A stretch of 63,821 bases of DNA, the filler included, from Kipferlia bialata (lineage: Eukaryota): assembly GCA_003568945.1 (NCBI GenBank). It is 8 parts of 7 records of this genome, joined end to end, with 100 filler letters (N's around TTAATTAATTAA, not from the genome) between each part and the next. Parts side by side here need not be neighbours in the genome. Positions count along the whole stretch, not along the records: positions 53,793 to 63,821 come from BDIP01001510.1; 7 more parts are not named here. The stretch is one strand, 5' to 3'. Positions 61,701 to 63,821 of the stretch are shown here, one piece after another (position 1 is the stretch's first letter; the number at the start of each line of letters is the position of its first letter). The translations under genes and the position numbers were made by a program. Under the pieces are notes generated by a model. That model was given only the letters and a program-made list of their open reading frames with translations. It made no database searches and was not told the origin of the DNA.

Positions 61701-63370
61701 CTACTGCATCACCAACACGCACCAGCTGCATGCTGTATACACCCTGGTGTCAGGACTCATACACACACTCATATACATAACACATATATATATTAACATA
61801 TCAGAAAGGGTATCACCCACACGAACCAGCTGCATGCTGTAAACACCCTGGTGTTAGGATACACATACTAGGATGTCAGAAATTATGCATACATATGTGT
61901 GTGTTTTCATTTGTCTCTTGGGATACATCACAGAGCTCCAAACACATCATAATGTGCCTATACCTGTATTTGTATATATAACAATAAACAATAGCATGTT
62001 TCTCTCTGCCAATACAAGGTACCTTGGGGATTATGTCAATACAAATTAGTAGTCCCTTGCTAGGTGTGAACATATGTAGTATTATATTACCTGTGGGTTT
62101 GGGGGTCCAGGTATCCGTTGTATATCTATAGTCCGGTCAGGGGTGAGGCTGAGTATGAACCACTTCTCCTTGGGCACATACCCCTCGGTGCCTAGGTCTA
62201 CCTGTATTGAGTATATATGAGTATAGTACAGCATAGTATAGTATAGTATATCATAGTATTCAACCTTTCTTCAATAATTAGCTTGAGCTTAGTATATACA
62301 TATATCTATGAACCACTTCTCCTTGGGCACATACCCCTCGGTGCCTAGGTCAACCTGCATTTAGTATAGTATAGTATAGTAATAGTATAGACCTATTATT
62401 ATTCAACCTCTCATTAATAATTAGCTTGCGTGTACCTACGTCGACCTGGGTATGAGTATATATGAGTATATACACTCTAAGCATTAATCATAAGTGGCAC
62501 GGTCTCTCACTCTCAATGAATGTGAGTATATATGTACTAATGCATACACTACTTGCATAATAGTAGTGTACATATTCATATATGTGAATGTATTAACACA
62601 TATGAATACACATATGTATGCTATATATGTATACTATATCTTTTGGAATACATACCTGATAGCACATCATGTCTATCTAAGCACAGATGTTGTTATATAT
62701 ACACTATAGTATATACCTGATAATACATCATGGCTGTGTTGTGACCTAGACTGGCCATGCCAATGTCATATATATAAATGTATTTTTACATACATATATA
62801 TACTATATATATGTATGTGTTGGTATTTACTATAATATGCACCTGATAACACATCATTGCCGTGTTGTGGCCTAGACTGGCCATGCCAATGTCATACACA
62901 GCCTCCTCTTCATCATCACCCACGCCTTGTGTGAGTGTGTAATTTTCTCATATACCATGCTTTGACATATACTATTGCACATTACTCAGTGTCATAGACT
63001 GCCTCCTCCTCATCACCTGCACCTGGGGTTAGTATGCAGATATGTATATAGAAAAGTATACATATACAATACTATTATAGTATTATAACAATGTCATAGA
63101 CAGTCTCTTCTTCCTAATCACCTCCTACATCTGACAGTGAGGATCGATATATATATATATATCATATATATATATATGAATATATATGAGTATACACCTG
63201 GCAGCAGTGTGCAGTCAGTGCACCATGGTCCAGCCATGAATGTATTATATAGATATTCATACGTCTCTCTCTCTATCTCTATCTATCTATATACAAAAGT
63301 ATATATCCATCTATAAATATTTATGTATATACCTGGCAGTACCGTGCAGTCAGTGTACCATGGTTCAGCC

Positions 63371-63372
<2 letters not shown>
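58713..63372 (-). CDS. Divergent kelch-like family protein, tail-to-tail paralog of 55876-58112
   Basis: MAEPWYTDC; ASLGHNTAMM; LVRVGDAVVAYGG; WFMAVYTIAT|GEWESVP; LFGIGNTLVVV; KTVMLSPTTML..VEIDPALLGPEYH*. Confidence 0.7.
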
Positions 63373-63422
<50 letters not shown>

Positions 63423-63821
63423 CTTGATGCGCTCCCCCTAAGAGATCAATGATCCTCTCTTCTAGGAGTTAGGATCCACATTCACCAACAACACAATTCC
63501 ACTTTCTACAACTATAGATACCAGCGTATAACTCTTGATTGATGACTCTCCCATGGTGGGAATGGAATAGAGAGAGTGTATTTGTGTGAGCAAAGAGAGA
63601 GAGAAAGGGGGGGGGGGGATTGCAGAAACCACCTTGAGACAGATAATGACACACCTCACATAGACTTAGAGGGTACATAGAGAGAGGTACGTTACCAAAG
63701 AGAGAAGAGAGAGGGACAATGGGGAGAAAGAGAGTGGGTATAGTTAGAGAGAGAGTGTATGTGTGAAGTAAAGAGAGAGAGAATGGGGGGGGGGGGGGGG
63801 GGGGGGGGGGGGTGACTTTTG

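Overview
Eukaryotic, intron-rich protist DNA. It is a concatenation of about 10-kb scaffolds joined by artificial N-TTAATTAATTAA-N spacers, giving 8 segments; 14869-23284 is probably one scaffold. The standard genetic code, GT-AG introns with a branch point fused to the acceptor (CTVAC/CTTAC-CCCCAG) and TA/GA microsatellite-laden introns suggest a free-living metamonad such as Kipferlia (inference, not verified). Recognisable genes: SMYD-like SET methyltransferase, a large receptor-like protein (ectodomain-TM-degenerate kinase-PARP-like), a coiled-coil TPH-like protein, a BIG/Sec7-type ARF-GEF C-terminal half, RPB7, syntaxin-16, Nup98-Nup96, RLP24, coronin, alanine aminotransferase, an inositol polyphosphate kinase and five members of a divergent kelch-like family. 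Three results stand out. (1) Nup98 ends at a TAG directly after a T_TTT_TTC slippery heptamer, followed 6 nt later by a GC-rich stem, with the putative Nup96 in the -1 frame: a candidate programmed -1 ribosomal frameshift setting the Nup98:Nup96 ratio. (2) The Nup98 repeat domain uses about 23 WG motifs instead of FG/GLFG. (3) Many introns carry 'exon echoes', tandem partial copies of exon/intron junctions whose differences are overwhelmingly synonymous. All calls are by eye; no searches were run.
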